Below, piece after piece: positions 1-10,455 of a DNA stretch of 64,000 nucleotides. The stretch's first letter is position 1; each line of letters begins with the position of its first letter. This DNA comes from Escherichia coli (lineage in GTDB: Bacteria; Pseudomonadota; Gammaproteobacteria; Enterobacterales; Enterobacteriaceae): NCBI RefSeq assembly GCF_024502345.1, contig NZ_JALDNN010000003.1; one strand, written 5' to 3'. Under the pieces are notes generated by a model, which was given only the letters and a program-made list of their open reading frames with translations, had not been told where the DNA came from and searched no databases. The translations under genes and the position numbers were made by a program.

Positions 1-1201
1 CCGTATCACAGTGTCCGCCGGATGCGCCTCGCAGTACGCCGTCAGAACCGGTCAGTACGTTCACATTGAAGTTGGTGTCTACTTCTAATGCGCTCAGTAC
101 CACCACATCCAGACGGTCAACGGATGCGCCTTTTGAACCCCAGTTGGCATACTGGTTTGCACTGATTTCAATGTGGTTTGGGTTGCGGGCCAAGGACTCA
201 GCCGCGTTACGGTCGAAGCTCTGCACGTCCAGCAGTTTGCGAATCAGGCCTTTTTCATGCAGATCCACGATGGTGGCGGTGATGCCGCCCAGCGCGAAGT
301 CAGCACGGATATCGCGGCTGCGCATTTTGTCTTCCAGGAAACGCGTCACGGCCAGAGAAGCGCCGCCGGTGCCTGTCTGCAGTGAGAAGCCTTCATTGAA
401 GTAGCCGGAGTTAGCAATGACCTCTGCCGCGCTACGGGCGATTAACAGTTCACGCGGGTTAGTGGTCATGCGGGTCGCATCAGCACCGATTTTGTCCGCA
501 TCGCCGACCTGATCGATCTGCACGATCAGATCTACCTGATCCTGTGTAATGCTGGCCGGGTTATGTGGATAGGTCAGCAGTTGTTCAGTCAGCAGGACAA
601 CCTGTTTCGCGTTTTCGGCATCTACGCGGGCATAGCCCAGTGAACCGCAGCATGCTTTACCGGTATAACCGTTGGCGTTACCAAACTGGTCGCAGGACGG
701 TACGCCGAGAAACGCCACATCAATGCTGAGTTCGCCACTTTGTACCAAGTGTACACGTCCACCGTGGGAGTGAATCTGTACCGGTTCGGCCAGCAGGCCA
801 CGGGAGATCTCTTCCGCCAGCGGGCCACGCAACCCGGAGGTATAAATACGGCTGACCACGCCCTGACGGATGTGCTCAACCAGCGGAGCATGGCAATCGC
901 TCAGAGAGCTGGAGGCCAGCGTCAGATTTTTAAAGCCCATACTGGCGATGGCGTCCATCACCAGGTTAATCGTCAGATCGCCACCGCGAAAAGCGTGGTG
1001 GAAAGAGATGGTCATGCCATCCTGTAAACCTGAACGACGAATGGCGTCTTCCAGGTTAGCGCACAGCTTTTTGTCGCGCGGTTTTTGCGCCTGTAGTTCT
1101 ACTTTTGCGGTGCTCTGATAAGCGGAAAGCTCACTTTCTGCATGACGGCTCCAGGTCGCCACGCGATCCTGGCGTTGAGACTGTTCGATTTTCTGCGTCA
1201 T
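1..1201 (-). CDS. citF: citrate lyase alpha subunit (citrate CoA-transferase), 5' part only; gene runs off window start
   Basis: Reverse-strand ATG at 1201 gives MTQKIEQSQRQDRVATW..., matching CitF N-terminus; lies directly downstream of citE in operon order. Confidence 0.9.
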   Translation of the reverse strand, partial: MTQKIEQSQRQDRVATWSRHAESELSAYQSTAKVELQAQKPRDKKLCANLEDAIRRSGLQDGMTISFHHAFRGGDLTINLVMDAIASMGFKNLTLASSSLSDCHAPLVEHIRQGVVSRIYTSGLRGPLAEEISRGLLAEPVQIHSHGGRVHLVQSGELSIDVAFLGVPSCDQFGNANGYTGKACCGSLGYARVDAENAKQVVLLTEQLLTYPHNPASITQDQVDLIVQIDQVGDADKIGADATRMTTNPRELLIARSAAEVIANSGYFNEGFSLQTGTGGASLAVTRFLEDKMRSRDIRADFALGGITATIVDLHEKGLIRKLLDVQSFDRNAAESLARNPNHIEISANQYANWGSKGASVDRLDVVVLSALEVDTNFNVNVLTGSDGVLRGASGGHCDT

Positions 1202-1210
1202 TTTTTTGCC

Positions 1211-2119
1211 TTATTCTTCGCGAATGCCGGAAAGTTCTGCACGGGAGATAACCAGAAGGGCGCGCTCGATAACCGGGCTGTCGACCATTTTGCCGTTCAG
1301 GGAAACCACTCCACGACCTTCGCGGGCAGCGGCTTCAGCGGCTTCTACGACCAAACGGGCGTGAGCCAGCTCTTTGCGCGTCGGGGCGTACAGGTTATGC
1401 AGGAGTTCGATCTGGCGCGGGTTGATGAGCGACTTGCCGTCAAAACCCAACTGCTTGATGTGTGCGGCTTCGTGCAGGAAACCTGCTTCGTTGTTGGCAT
1501 CGGAATACACGGTGTCGAACGCCTGAATACCGGCAGAACGTGCAGCCTGCAAAATAGAGCAGCGGGCAAACAGCAGTTCAGTACCCTCCGGCGAGCGTTC
1601 AGTGCGCAGGTTACGCACATAATCTTCAGCACCCAGAGCAATACCGATCAGGCGCTCGGAAGCGTGGGCAATTTCTACCGCACGGGTAATGCCTAACGGC
1701 GACTCAATGGCGGCTAACAGGCCGGTGCTGCCGGGTTCACGGCCACAGGCGTTCTCGATGCGCAGAATTTCACTTTCGATGTCGATGACATCCTGCGCGG
1801 TATCGGTCTTCGGTAAACGTACGATGTCAGCACCGCCGCGTACCACGGCTTCAAGGTCGTTGATGCCCCATTCGGAGTCGAGGGCGTTTACACGCACGAT
1901 AGTTTCAACGTCGTGATACAGCGGATGCTGCAGCGCGTGGTACACCATGCGGCGAGCGGTATCTTTTTCACGCAACGCGACGGAGTCTTCCAGGTCGAAC
2001 ATCAGTGCATCTGCCGGGTAGATGAACGAGTTGCTGACCATGGCGGCATTGGCACCCGGTACGAACAACATGCTGCGGCGAGTACGGGTTTTACGTTGTT
2101 GCAAAGATGCGGAAATCAC
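1211..2119 (-). CDS. citE: citrate lyase beta subunit (citryl-CoA lyase)
   Basis: Translation [28 protein letters not shown]... near-identical to CitE; GTG at 2119 overlaps citD stop (GTGA coupling); alternative ATG at 2134. Confidence 0.9.
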   Translation of the reverse strand: MISASLQQRKTRTRRSMLFVPGANAAMVSNSFIYPADALMFDLEDSVALREKDTARRMVYHALQHPLYHDVETIVRVNALDSEWGINDLEAVVRGGADIVRLPKTDTAQDVIDIESEILRIENACGREPGSTGLLAAIESPLGITRAVEIAHASERLIGIALGAEDYVRNLRTERSPEGTELLFARCSILQAARSAGIQAFDTVYSDANNEAGFLHEAAHIKQLGFDGKSLINPRQIELLHNLYAPTRKELAHARLVVEAAEAAAREGRGVVSLNGKMVDSPVIERALLVISRAELSGIREE

Positions 2120-2412
2120 TGGCAATCCTCCCATGGCAGTGCCGGAATACCGCCAGCGCGGGCCAGTAGTGCTTCCAGTCGCGCACGTAAAATGCAGTCC
2201 AGTGCGCCTTTATCATCAACATTTAATTGCACGCCGCGTACGTTGTAGCGGGACAGAACGTCCAGGATGGTGGTCCGAATGGCATCACCGAACTGTTTTT
2301 CGACGCTACTGTTAACCTGCAGGTCAATATCCTGCGAATCGAGTGGGGCGATGCGAATCATCACATCACCGGACTCGAGTGTGCCTGCGACGGCTGCCTG
2401 GTTTATTTTCAT
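2116..2412 (-). CDS. citD: citrate lyase acyl carrier protein (gamma subunit)
   Basis: 98-aa [27 protein letters not shown]... matches CitD; 4-bp overlap with citC. Confidence 0.9.
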   Translation of the reverse strand: MKINQAAVAGTLESGDVMIRIAPLDSQDIDLQVNSSVEKQFGDAIRTTILDVLSRYNVRGVQLNVDDKGALDCILRARLEALLARAGGIPALPWEDCQ

Positions 2413-3485
2413 TTTTCACCTGTTGCTAATGCGGGGGTATTTTGGCGGACTGCCGCACCCGATGAGGCTCGTTCAACCATGCTTTGCAGATAGTGCAGCG
2501 TGGCGTCAGGGACCAGGGATGCGATAGCCGTGAGATCTTTTTTAACCAGCAGCTTGCGCACCCAGGAGGCGGAAATCGGCATCTCCTGGAAGCACAGCCG
2601 CTCAATTTCCACCAGTTCAATCGGTGGGGCGGGAAGCGTTGGGGTCTCCAGCCAGTAGCGCATATCGTTGTTGTACTGGGAGGTGACGGAGCAATACGGC
2701 TCGGTACCGACGAAACGATGTGTAACGCCGAGAGCCGGTGCCAGGTACTGGCGGAAGATTTTCAGGTCTATTTCGGTGTAGCAGTGGTTAATAACGCTCT
2801 GCTCTTTGATGAAGTAGCACGGGAACGTGGCGCGGGAAATGATGTATTCCGAACCGCGATGCACGGTTAAACGTGGAATATCTTTTGTCCCTTTAAGCAC
2901 CAGATCCAACCGGTCTTCATACGGAAACCGTGAGGTATCCTCTTTGACCAAAAACAGATGCAGCCAGTCACATTGTGCGGCCGCCTGTTGGATCAGAAAA
3001 CGATGTCCGTTGGTGAAGGGGTTGGCGTTCATGACGATGCAACCAATTTTTTTCCCTTCACGACGCTGTTTTGCCAGAGATTCAGCGTAACGTTTCAGAC
3101 GCGTGGTGCTGTTTTCCATCAGCACCATAATGCCGGGAACGCTGGTCAGCGTAGAAAAGCCACACTGTTTAAACAGCGATTCGTACTCGGTTTTGGTATA
3201 GATGAAGAGGTGCGTACAGTGGCGCTCATAGGCGAGGTTGATTAACTCGGTCGCCAGCGTCAGCGCTAAGCCTTCGCCCCGTACGGATTCGCAGATGGCG
3301 ACACATTTTATAATATTCCCAGCGATACCGCCGCAGGCAATCAGGCGGTCGTCTCGGGTGACGGTGATAAATACTTCGACGGTGGTGTCAACGCTCAAAT
3401 CATTCTCTTTCAGAAATTGCGTGATAGCCGCCATCTTTTTATTTTCTGAGCGTTTAACTTGCGTGAATATATTATTACCGAACAT
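2409..3485 (-). CDS. citC: [citrate (pro-3S)-lyase] ligase
   Basis: 358-aa [28 protein letters not shown]... colinear with CitC. Confidence 0.92.
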   Translation of the reverse strand: MFGNNIFTQVKRSENKKMAAITQFLKENDLSVDTTVEVFITVTRDDRLIACGGIAGNIIKCVAICESVRGEGLALTLATELINLAYERHCTHLFIYTKTEYESLFKQCGFSTLTSVPGIMVLMENSTTRLKRYAESLAKQRREGKKIGCIVMNANPFTNGHRFLIQQAAAQCDWLHLFLVKEDTSRFPYEDRLDLVLKGTKDIPRLTVHRGSEYIISRATFPCYFIKEQSVINHCYTEIDLKIFRQYLAPALGVTHRFVGTEPYCSVTSQYNNDMRYWLETPTLPAPPIELVEIERLCFQEMPISASWVRKLLVKKDLTAIASLVPDATLHYLQSMVERASSGAAVRQNTPALATGEK

Positions 3486-3875
3486 AGTGAATAGAGCCCC
3501 GATGCTATATTTGTTACTGGGTTTCTGTTTTTGTTGCTCTGCTTAGCAACCTGATAACGTTTTGTTTGCAATTGAAGGGAATGGTTTTTTATTACGGAGT
3601 ATTTCTTTTTTTCCCTGCTGCATACATCGTAAGGGGTATTTTGGAGGTAATTTTTGATTTATTTCACAATAAGTTAGAAGGTTTTAATGTGTTTTATGGT
3701 TTTAAGTTTTTTAATTAATTTAACCTCGAAATAGCGTGTGGTTTTAATTTGTTTAATTGATTTAAAGTGGGGAATCTGCAACGATCTTGTTTTATACACG
3801 TAACGTGTAAATAAAACATTTCTATTACAACTACAATGAGAAATAAGTTTCGGGCAACGTGGATGAGGAAGATAT
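3486..3875. promoter_or_regulatory. divergent citC / citA intergenic control region, AT-rich with repeated GGTTTTAA-type motifs
   Basis: 390-bp ORF-free AT-rich spacer between divergent operon starts; repeated (G)GTTTTAA(T/G) units visible around 3660-3760. Confidence 0.45.
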
Positions 3876-5537
3876 ATGGCTGAGCAGAAAAATAAAACAC
3901 GGTTTCCTTTTTTCCGCAGCCTGGCGTTTCCTTTACGCATCTTTCTGCTTATTTTGGTCGTTTCTGTTTTTATCATCGCCGCCCTGGCACAATACTTTAC
4001 CGCCAGCTTTGAAGATTATCTGGCCGCGCATGTCCGCGATATGGCAATGAACCAGGCCAAAATCATCGCCTCTAACGACAGTATCATCACGGCAGTTAAA
4101 CATCGTGATTACAAGCGTTTGGCGACGATTGCCGACAAACTGCAGAGCGGAACTGACTTCGACTATGTGGTTATCGGGGATACCAACTCCATTCGTCTAT
4201 ATCATCCGAACCCGGAAAAGATTGGCTACCCGATGCAGTTCACCAAACCCGGTGCGCTGGAAAAAGGGGAAAGCTACTTTATTACCGGTAAAGGGTCCAT
4301 CGGGATGGCAATGCGCGCTAAAACGCCCATCTTTGATGACGATGGCAAAATCATTGGCGTAGTCTCAATTGGTTATCTGATCAGCAAAATCGATAGCTGG
4401 CGATCGGATTTCTTACTCCCGATGGCCGGTGTGTTTATCTTGCTGTTGTTGGTTCTTATGCTGCTATCCTGGTTTTTCGCTGCCCATATTCGTCGGCAGA
4501 TGTTGGGTATGGAACCGAAACAAATTGCGCGGGTGGTACGTCAGCAGGAAGCGTTGTTCAGCTCGGTATATGAAGGATTGATTGCCGTGGATCCTGATGG
4601 ATATATCACCGCAATAAACCGCAGTGCGAGGAAAATGCTGGGGCTGTCTTCACCAGGGCGAAAGTGGCTTGGAAAACCGGTGAGTGAGGTGGTTCAGCCA
4701 GCGGACTTTTTCACCCAACAGATTGCGGAAAAACGACAGGATGCGATGGTAAACTTTAATGGCCTGAGCGTTATCGCCAACCGTGAAGCGATTCGCTCTG
4801 GTGACGAACTGCTTGGGGCAATCATCAGTTTTCGTAGTAAAGATGAAATTGCTACCCTTAATGCGCAATTAACGCAGATCAAACAGTATGTAGAGAGCCT
4901 GAGAACGCTGCGTCATGAGCACCTGAACTGGATGTCGACCATCAATGGCCTGCTGCAAATGAAAGAATATGACAAGGTTCTGGCCATGGTGCAGGGAGAA
5001 TCCCAGGCGCAACAGCAACTGATTGACAGCCTGCGTGGCGCGTTTGCCGATCGTCAGGTCGCCGGTCTGTTGTTTGGCAAGGTTCAGCGCGCACGGGAAC
5101 TGGGCCTCACCATGACTATCGTTCCGGGGAGCCAACTGCATCAACTCCCCGAGGGGCTGGATAGCACAGAGTTTGCAGCAATTGTTGGCAATCTGCTTGA
5201 TAATGCATTTGAAGCGAGCTTACGCACCCAGCAAGGCAACAAGGTCGTAGAGCTCTATTTGAGCGATGAAGGGGATGACGTGATCATCGAAGTTGCCGAT
5301 CAGGGATGCGGTGTGCCGGAAGCATTGCGTGAGAAAATATTTGAACAGGGTGTGAGCACCCGTACCGATGAACCAGGTGAACATGGCATCGGTTTGTATC
5401 TGATTGCAAGTTATGTGAGGCGCTGTGACGGGGTGATTACGCTCGAAGATAACTCCCCTTGCGGTACCTTATTTTCTTTATTTCTTCCGAAAGTGAAAAA
5501 AAATAATGACGGAACCATTAACGCTGTTGATCGTTGA
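3876..5537 (+). CDS. citA: citrate-sensing histidine kinase (CitA/DpiB)
   Basis: 553-aa ORF; periplasmic sensor region plus HisKA/HATPase motifs (DNAFEAS, GIGLYL); colinear with E. coli DpiB. Confidence 0.92.
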   Translation: MAEQKNKTRFPFFRSLAFPLRIFLLILVVSVFIIAALAQYFTASFEDYLAAHVRDMAMNQAKIIASNDSIITAVKHRDYKRLATIADKLQSGTDFDYVVIGDTNSIRLYHPNPEKIGYPMQFTKPGALEKGESYFITGKGSIGMAMRAKTPIFDDDGKIIGVVSIGYLISKIDSWRSDFLLPMAGVFILLLLVLMLLSWFFAAHIRRQMLGMEPKQIARVVRQQEALFSSVYEGLIAVDPDGYITAINRSARKMLGLSSPGRKWLGKPVSEVVQPADFFTQQIAEKRQDAMVNFNGLSVIANREAIRSGDELLGAIISFRSKDEIATLNAQLTQIKQYVESLRTLRHEHLNWMSTINGLLQMKEYDKVLAMVQGESQAQQQLIDSLRGAFADRQVAGLLFGKVQRARELGLTMTIVPGSQLHQLPEGLDSTEFAAIVGNLLDNAFEASLRTQQGNKVVELYLSDEGDDVIIEVADQGCGVPEALREKIFEQGVSTRTDEPGEHGIGLYLIASYVRRCDGVITLEDNSPCGTLFSLFLPKVKKNNDGTINAVDR

Positions 5538-6186
5538 GGATGAAACGCTACTGGCGGAAATGCATGCTGAATATATCCGCCATATACCCGGTTTCAGCCA
5601 GATATGGCTGGCGGGTAATCTTGAGCAGGCGAGGATGATGATTGAGCGTTTTAAGCCCGGTCTGATACTGCTCGATAACTACTTGCCGGACGGCAAGGGA
5701 ATTACGTTGCTGCATGAGCTGACCCAGGCGCGCTATCCGGGCGGCGTAGTGTTTACCACGGCGGCCAGCGATATGGAAACGGTCTCCGAGGCTGTGCGCA
5801 GCGGTGCGTTTGATTACCTGGTCAAACCCATTGCCTACGAGCGGCTGGGGCAGACCCTGACGCGTTATCAACAACGTCGACGCATGTTGGCGGGGAATGA
5901 CAGCGCCAGCCAAAAGCAGATTGATGAAATGTTTAATGCCTACGCGCGGGGCGAACCGAAAGGGGATTTACCGACTGGGATTGATGCGTTAACACTAAAT
6001 GCAGTGTTGAAATTATTCGCCGACCCGACGGTACACCATACTGCGGAAACGATCGCCCAGGCGCTTACCATCAGCCGAACGACTTCCAGACGCTACCTGG
6101 AGTACTGTGCCAGCCGTCATTTGATTATTGCGGAGATTATTCACGGTAAGGTAGGCAGGCCGCAGCGTATTTATCATGGCGGCTAA
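5506..6186 (+). CDS. citB: response regulator CitB/DpiA
   Basis: 226-aa ORF MTEPLTLLIVEDETLLAEMH... receiver domain plus C-terminal HTH; overlaps citA end. Confidence 0.9.
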   Translation: MTEPLTLLIVEDETLLAEMHAEYIRHIPGFSQIWLAGNLEQARMMIERFKPGLILLDNYLPDGKGITLLHELTQARYPGGVVFTTAASDMETVSEAVRSGAFDYLVKPIAYERLGQTLTRYQQRRRMLAGNDSASQKQIDEMFNAYARGEPKGDLPTGIDALTLNAVLKLFADPTVHHTAETIAQALTISRTTSRRYLEYCASRHLIIAEIIHGKVGRPQRIYHGG

Positions 6187-6199
6187 ATGCTGATTTCTG

Positions 6200-6290
6200 A
6201 CGTAGGCCGGATAAGATGTTTTAGCATCGACATCCGGCAACGGTGCGGTTTAAATGCCGGATGCGGCGTAGATGCCTAATCCGGCCTACA
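6200..6290. repeat. REP/BIME-like extragenic palindromes
   Basis: GTAGGCCGGATAAG ... GCCGGATGCGGCGTAGATGCCTAATCCGGCCTAC, typical enterobacterial REP units in inverted orientation. Confidence 0.6.
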
Positions 6291-6302
6291 TTTCACTGAG
6301 TA

Positions 6303-7044
6303 TCAGCCGCCAACGACGGCTGAAGAAGAACCTGGTACCATCACTTCAGTTGCGATAATCACAACCAACAGCCCAACCAGAACCGGAACCGAGGTACGTT
6401 TCACCACTTCGAACGGAGAAATCTTTGCCATACCTGCGACAGCGACAACCACGCCGGAGACCGGGGAGATTGTGCGCCCAAGGTTTGACGCCTGCAGCAT
6501 CGGGATAACAAGGTAAGCCGGGTTAATGCCGGAAGAATGCGCCAGCTTAGGGATCATTTCAACGAAGGCGTAGAACGGGGCGTTACCGGAACCCGTAGTC
6601 ATTGCCGCCAGCATAGTCAGGATCACCAGCACCATCATCAAGATAATGCTCGCTGAACCAAACGAGGTGGCGATAGAAATCAGACTCTGAATAAAGCCGA
6701 TTGTGCTCAGACCCTGGGCAAAAACACCCGCAGCGACTAACAACATCACCACGTTAGCAAAGGCATCCGCCATGCCACGGTAAGCGACTTCCAGACCAGA
6801 GAAAACCTTTTGGGTGTTGAACCCACGTACGAACTCCAGAATAGCCGCGATGAGCATGCACAGAACCAGAATCGTAATGATGTGCAACTGCGGGCCCCAT
6901 TTACCATCAAAAATCAGGACGCCAACGATCGGGGTAAACGGCAGAATGGCGTAAAATGACGGGGCAGTCGTGGTGATTTCAGCCACATCTAACATTTCAT
7001 GAGAAATGTTCTCTTTTTTATCCAGAAAACGCTGCCAGAAAAAG
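6303..7044 (-). pseudogene. dcuC: anaerobic C4-dicarboxylate transporter DcuC, 3' fragment (N-terminal ~210 codons missing, cut by IS26)
   Basis: Translation FFWQRFLDKKENISHEMLDVAEITTTAPSFYAILPFTP... matches C-terminal half of DcuC; reading frame runs into IS26 IR at 7045. Confidence 0.85.
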
Positions 7045-7832
7045 GGCACTGTTGCAAATAGTCGGTGGTGATAAACTTATCATCCCCTTTTGCTGATGGA
7101 GCTGCACATGAACCCATTCAAAGGCCGGCATTTTCAGCGTGACATCATTCTGTGGGCCGTACGCTGGTACTGCAAATACGGCATCAGTTACCGTGAGCTG
7201 CAGGAGATGCTGGCTGAACGCGGAGTGAATGTCGATCACTCCACGATTTACCGCTGGGTTCAGCGTTATGCGCCTGAAATGGAAAAACGGCTGCGCTGGT
7301 ACTGGCGTAACCCTTCCGATCTTTGCCCGTGGCACATGGATGAAACCTACGTGAAGGTCAATGGCCGCTGGGCGTATCTGTACCGGGCCGTCGACAGCCG
7401 GGGCCGCACTGTCGATTTTTATCTCTCCTCCCGTCGTAACAGCAAAGCTGCATACCGGTTTCTGGGTAAAATCCTCAACAACGTGAAGAAGTGGCAGATC
7501 CCGCGATTCATCAACACGGATAAAGCGCCCGCCTATGGTCGCGCGCTTGCTCTGCTCAAACGCGAAGGCCGGTGCCCGTCTGACGTTGAACACCGACAGA
7601 TTAAGTACCGGAACAACGTGATTGAATGCGATCATGGCAAACTGAAACGGATAATCGGCGCCACGCTGGGATTTAAATCCATGAAGACGGCTTACGCCAC
7701 CATCAAAGGTATTGAGGTGATGCGTGCATTACGCAAAGGCCAGGCCTCAGCATTTTATTATGGTGATCCCCTGGGCGAAATGCGCCTGGTAAGCAGAGTT
7801 TTTGAAATGTAAGGCCTTTGAATAAGACAAAA
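7045..7832 (+). mobile_element. IS26 (IS6 family), left 788 bp, interrupted by IS66-family insertion
   Basis: Begins GGCACTGTTGCAAA (IS26 terminal IR); contains intact tnp26; sequence ...GAATAAGACAAAAG breaks at 7833. Confidence 0.9.
7108..7812 (+). CDS. tnpA: IS26 transposase Tnp26
   Basis: MNPFKGRHFQRDIILWAVRWYCKYGISYREL...RLVSRVFEM, 234 aa, matches IS26 transposase as I recall it. Confidence 0.95.
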   Translation: MNPFKGRHFQRDIILWAVRWYCKYGISYRELQEMLAERGVNVDHSTIYRWVQRYAPEMEKRLRWYWRNPSDLCPWHMDETYVKVNGRWAYLYRAVDSRGRTVDFYLSSRRNSKAAYRFLGKILNNVKKWQIPRFINTDKAPAYGRALALLKREGRCPSDVEHRQIKYRNNVIECDHGKLKRIIGATLGFKSMKTAYATIKGIEVMRALRKGQASAFYYGDPLGEMRLVSRVFEM

Positions 7833-7862
7833 GTAAGCGTTAAGTGAGCGCCGTATTGACGG

Positions 7863-9455
7863 CTATTTATTGGTGAGATCTACGTTCCATGGCAGCAGTT
7901 CGGCCACTTTGTTGATGGGCCACTCCGGCAATACGCTCAGGATATGGCGAAGGTAACCCTCTGGATCGATACCGTTCAGCCTGCACGTTCCGATCAGACC
8001 ATACAGCAGGGCACCACGTTCACCACCATGATCACTGCCGAAGAAGATGTAGTTTTTCTTGCCCAGACAGACCGCTCGTAGCGCGCGCTCAGCAGCGTTA
8101 TTATCCGGCTCTGCCAGACCATCATCGCAGTAGTAACACAGGGCATCCCACTGGTTCAGTGCATAAGCGAACGCCTCGCCTAACCGGGATTTTTTCGACA
8201 GAGTGGCTCTTTTCTCCACCAACCAGTCATGCAGGGATATCAGCAACGGTTTACTTCGGGACCGTCTGGCGGCCAGCCGCTGAGATGCCGGAAGGCCGCG
8301 TATTTCCTCTTCTATCGCGTATAACTCACTGATGCGCTTCAGAGCCTCCTCTGCTGTGGCCGTCCGGGTGCTGATATAGACGTCATGGATTTTGCGCCGC
8401 GCATGAGCCCAGCATGCCGCTTCTGTCAACGGGCCACCTTCACGCTCTGCGCTGAACAACCTGTCGTACCCTGCGAAGGCATCTGCCTGCAGCACGCCAT
8501 GATAGTGCCGAAGATGTTGCTGAGGGTGTTTCCCCTGTCGGTCCGGTGAGAAGGCGAACCATGCCGCTGGCGGATCTGATGAACCCGCGCTTCTGTTATC
8601 ACGGACATATGTCCAGATACGCCCGGTTTTCGTCTTCTTTCTGCCCGGCGCCAGCACGGGCACCGGAGTGTCATCCGTATGCAGTTTGCGGCAGTCCATC
8701 ACGTAGTGGTAGAGGGCTTCATCCAGCGGGGCCATTAACCGGCAGCACGCATCCACCCAGTTGGAGAGCAGCGCACGACTCAGATCCACACCCTGACGGG
8801 CAAAGATTTCGCACTGGCGATACAGCGGCAGGTGTTCACAGTATTTGGCCGTTAACACGCGGGCCAGCAGACCCGGCCCGGCGATGCCCCGGTCGATAGG
8901 ACGTGAGGGCGCTGGCGCTTCAACGACGCAGTCGCATCGGGTACAGGCCTTTTTCACTCTGACCGTGCGGATCACTTTCAGGGCGCTGGAGACCAGCTCC
9001 AGTTGCTCCGCGCTGACTTCGCTGAGATAGGCCATATCACTACCGCAACCAGGACAGCTGGTTTCAGCTGGCTCCAGTCTGTTTATTTCGCGGGGAAGAT
9101 GTTCCGGTAACGGGCGACGATGACGGGACTGGCGCAACTGACGCGGAACCTGCTGATCATTGTCCCGGCCGTTGTAACGATCGCTTTGCTGCTCCTGCTG
9201 TTTCAGCAGGGCTTCGGCTTCTTCGACCTGCCGGCGTAGCTTTTCTGAACGGGTACCGAACAGCATTCGGCGCAGTTTTTCTATCTGAGCCCGCAGATAT
9301 TCTATTTCACGCTCTTCGTTCTCTATTTTCTCTTCTGCGCGGGCCAGCGCCGAACGCAGGAACGACTCAGTCTCAGCAACGAGACTGAGCTGGCTGTCTT
9401 TCTGGCGAAGCGCGTCTTCCAGCGCAGCGATACGGGCGAGATAGTCCTGACTCAT
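7863..9455 (-). CDS. IS66-family transposase TnpC (orf3)
   Basis: 530-aa ORF with N-terminal coiled coil, zinc-finger (CPGCG...CTRCDC) and DDE core typical of IS66 TnpC. Confidence 0.9.
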   Translation of the reverse strand: MSQDYLARIAALEDALRQKDSQLSLVAETESFLRSALARAEEKIENEEREIEYLRAQIEKLRRMLFGTRSEKLRRQVEEAEALLKQQEQQSDRYNGRDNDQQVPRQLRQSRHRRPLPEHLPREINRLEPAETSCPGCGSDMAYLSEVSAEQLELVSSALKVIRTVRVKKACTRCDCVVEAPAPSRPIDRGIAGPGLLARVLTAKYCEHLPLYRQCEIFARQGVDLSRALLSNWVDACCRLMAPLDEALYHYVMDCRKLHTDDTPVPVLAPGRKKTKTGRIWTYVRDNRSAGSSDPPAAWFAFSPDRQGKHPQQHLRHYHGVLQADAFAGYDRLFSAEREGGPLTEAACWAHARRKIHDVYISTRTATAEEALKRISELYAIEEEIRGLPASQRLAARRSRSKPLLISLHDWLVEKRATLSKKSRLGEAFAYALNQWDALCYYCDDGLAEPDNNAAERALRAVCLGKKNYIFFGSDHGGERGALLYGLIGTCRLNGIDPEGYLRHILSVLPEWPINKVAELLPWNVDLTNK

Positions 9456-9485
9456 GACCCCATTTATAATGCGGTCATGCGCTTT

Positions 9486-9836
9486 TTACAACATCGTCAG
9501 TGAGTTAAGGCGTGCAGTTTTAGGTTGCCGCCAGTCCAGCTTATCGAGGAGCATGGCGAGTTGTGAGCGGGTGATGGCGATTTTGCCGTCGCGTACAGCA
9601 GGCCAGACGAACTGTCCCTCTTCCAGACGTTTGGTAAACAGACACAGACCGTCAGCATCAGCCCAGAGGATCCTCACGGTGTCACCTTTACGACCACGGA
9701 AGATAAACAGGTGGCCGGAGAACGGATTGTCATCAAGAACATGCTGGACCAGTTCGCCCAGACCATTGAAGGACTTACGCATATCGGTGACCCCGGCAAC
9801 CAGCCAGATACGAGTGCCTGACGGTAAGGGTATCAT
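9486..9836 (-). CDS. IS66-family accessory protein TnpB (orf2)
   Basis: MIPLPSGTRIWLVAGVTDMRKSFNGL... ; ATGA overlap with upstream orf1. Confidence 0.85.
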   Translation of the reverse strand: MIPLPSGTRIWLVAGVTDMRKSFNGLGELVQHVLDDNPFSGHLFIFRGRKGDTVRILWADADGLCLFTKRLEEGQFVWPAVRDGKIAITRSQLAMLLDKLDWRQPKTARLNSLTML

Positions 9837-10240
9837 CGGCTCCTCCCGGTCAGCTCGCGGATCAGCGTTTTCAGAAGTGCAGGTGATAAATCCCCGGACA
9901 GACGCAGGCTGGCACCGCCGACAGTCACCTCGCATGTCATGGCCTCGCGGCAGGCTGGAGCGGCGGGTTCATAGTGCGGCTCAGCATGGTGTGACAGGGC
10001 CATATCAGGCAGGACAACGGGGATAACAGAGTCTTGCTCTCTGATTGACCGTTGTATTTCATCGGGCAGAAGATGTCTGTAACGCTGGCGCCAGGTAAAC
10101 AGCAGATTGTCATTAATTCCATTATCCCGCGCCAACCGGGCAACACAGGCTCCAGGCTGATATGACTTTTCGACGAGAGCCAGCTTAAAGTCCATTGAGT
10201 AGGACGCCCGCGCCCTGCGGGGCTGAAGAGTGTTTGACAT
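9833..10240 (-). CDS. IS66-family accessory protein TnpA (orf1), HTH
   Basis: 135-aa ORF first in three-gene IS66 operon. Confidence 0.8.
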   Translation of the reverse strand: MSNTLQPRRARASYSMDFKLALVEKSYQPGACVARLARDNGINDNLLFTWRQRYRHLLPDEIQRSIREQDSVIPVVLPDMALSHHAEPHYEPAAPACREAMTCEVTVGGASLRLSGDLSPALLKTLIRELTGRSR

Positions 10241-10326
10241 TGATAGAGTCCATTAACGTTAATAAGAGGACTCTATCATCGTCAATCGTTAGTAATCGCA
10301 ACAGGCGGCAGTGGCTTGACGCTTAC

Positions 10327-10366
10327 AGACAAAAGGCTGCCTCATCGCTAACTTTGCAACAGTGCC
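10327..10366 (+). mobile_element. IS26 right end (includes duplicated AGACAAAA, then 32 bp ending in IS26 IR)
   Basis: AGACAAAAGGCTGCCTCATCGCTAACTTTGCAACAGTGCC continues IS26 exactly where it was broken at 7832. Confidence 0.85.
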
Positions 10367-10455
10367 GTCGCTGACATCGTGCAACGACACAGAGCTAACG
10401 CTTAGGGTGTCATTTCGCCCTCAGCCGGAACCGACCCCAAGGACAGCGACTCTCA

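Larger units (their letters stand above)
7833..10326 (-). mobile_element. IS66-family insertion sequence (2494 bp) nested inside IS26
   Basis: Termini GTAAGCGTTAAGTGAGCGCCG / CGGCAGTGGCTTGACGCTTAC (imperfect IRs beginning GTAAGCG); three-ORF tnpA-tnpB-tnpC layout; flanked by 8-bp direct repeat AGACAAAA (7825-7832 and 10327-10334). Confidence 0.85.

Noticed and set aside
1142-1696. ORF-track plus-strand ORFs overlapping citF/citE (also similar overlapping frames within citA, tnpC, transposases and the ParB-like gene, e.g. 39829-40683)
   Set aside because: All are antisense or alternative-frame ORFs inside genes whose translations match known protein families over their full length.
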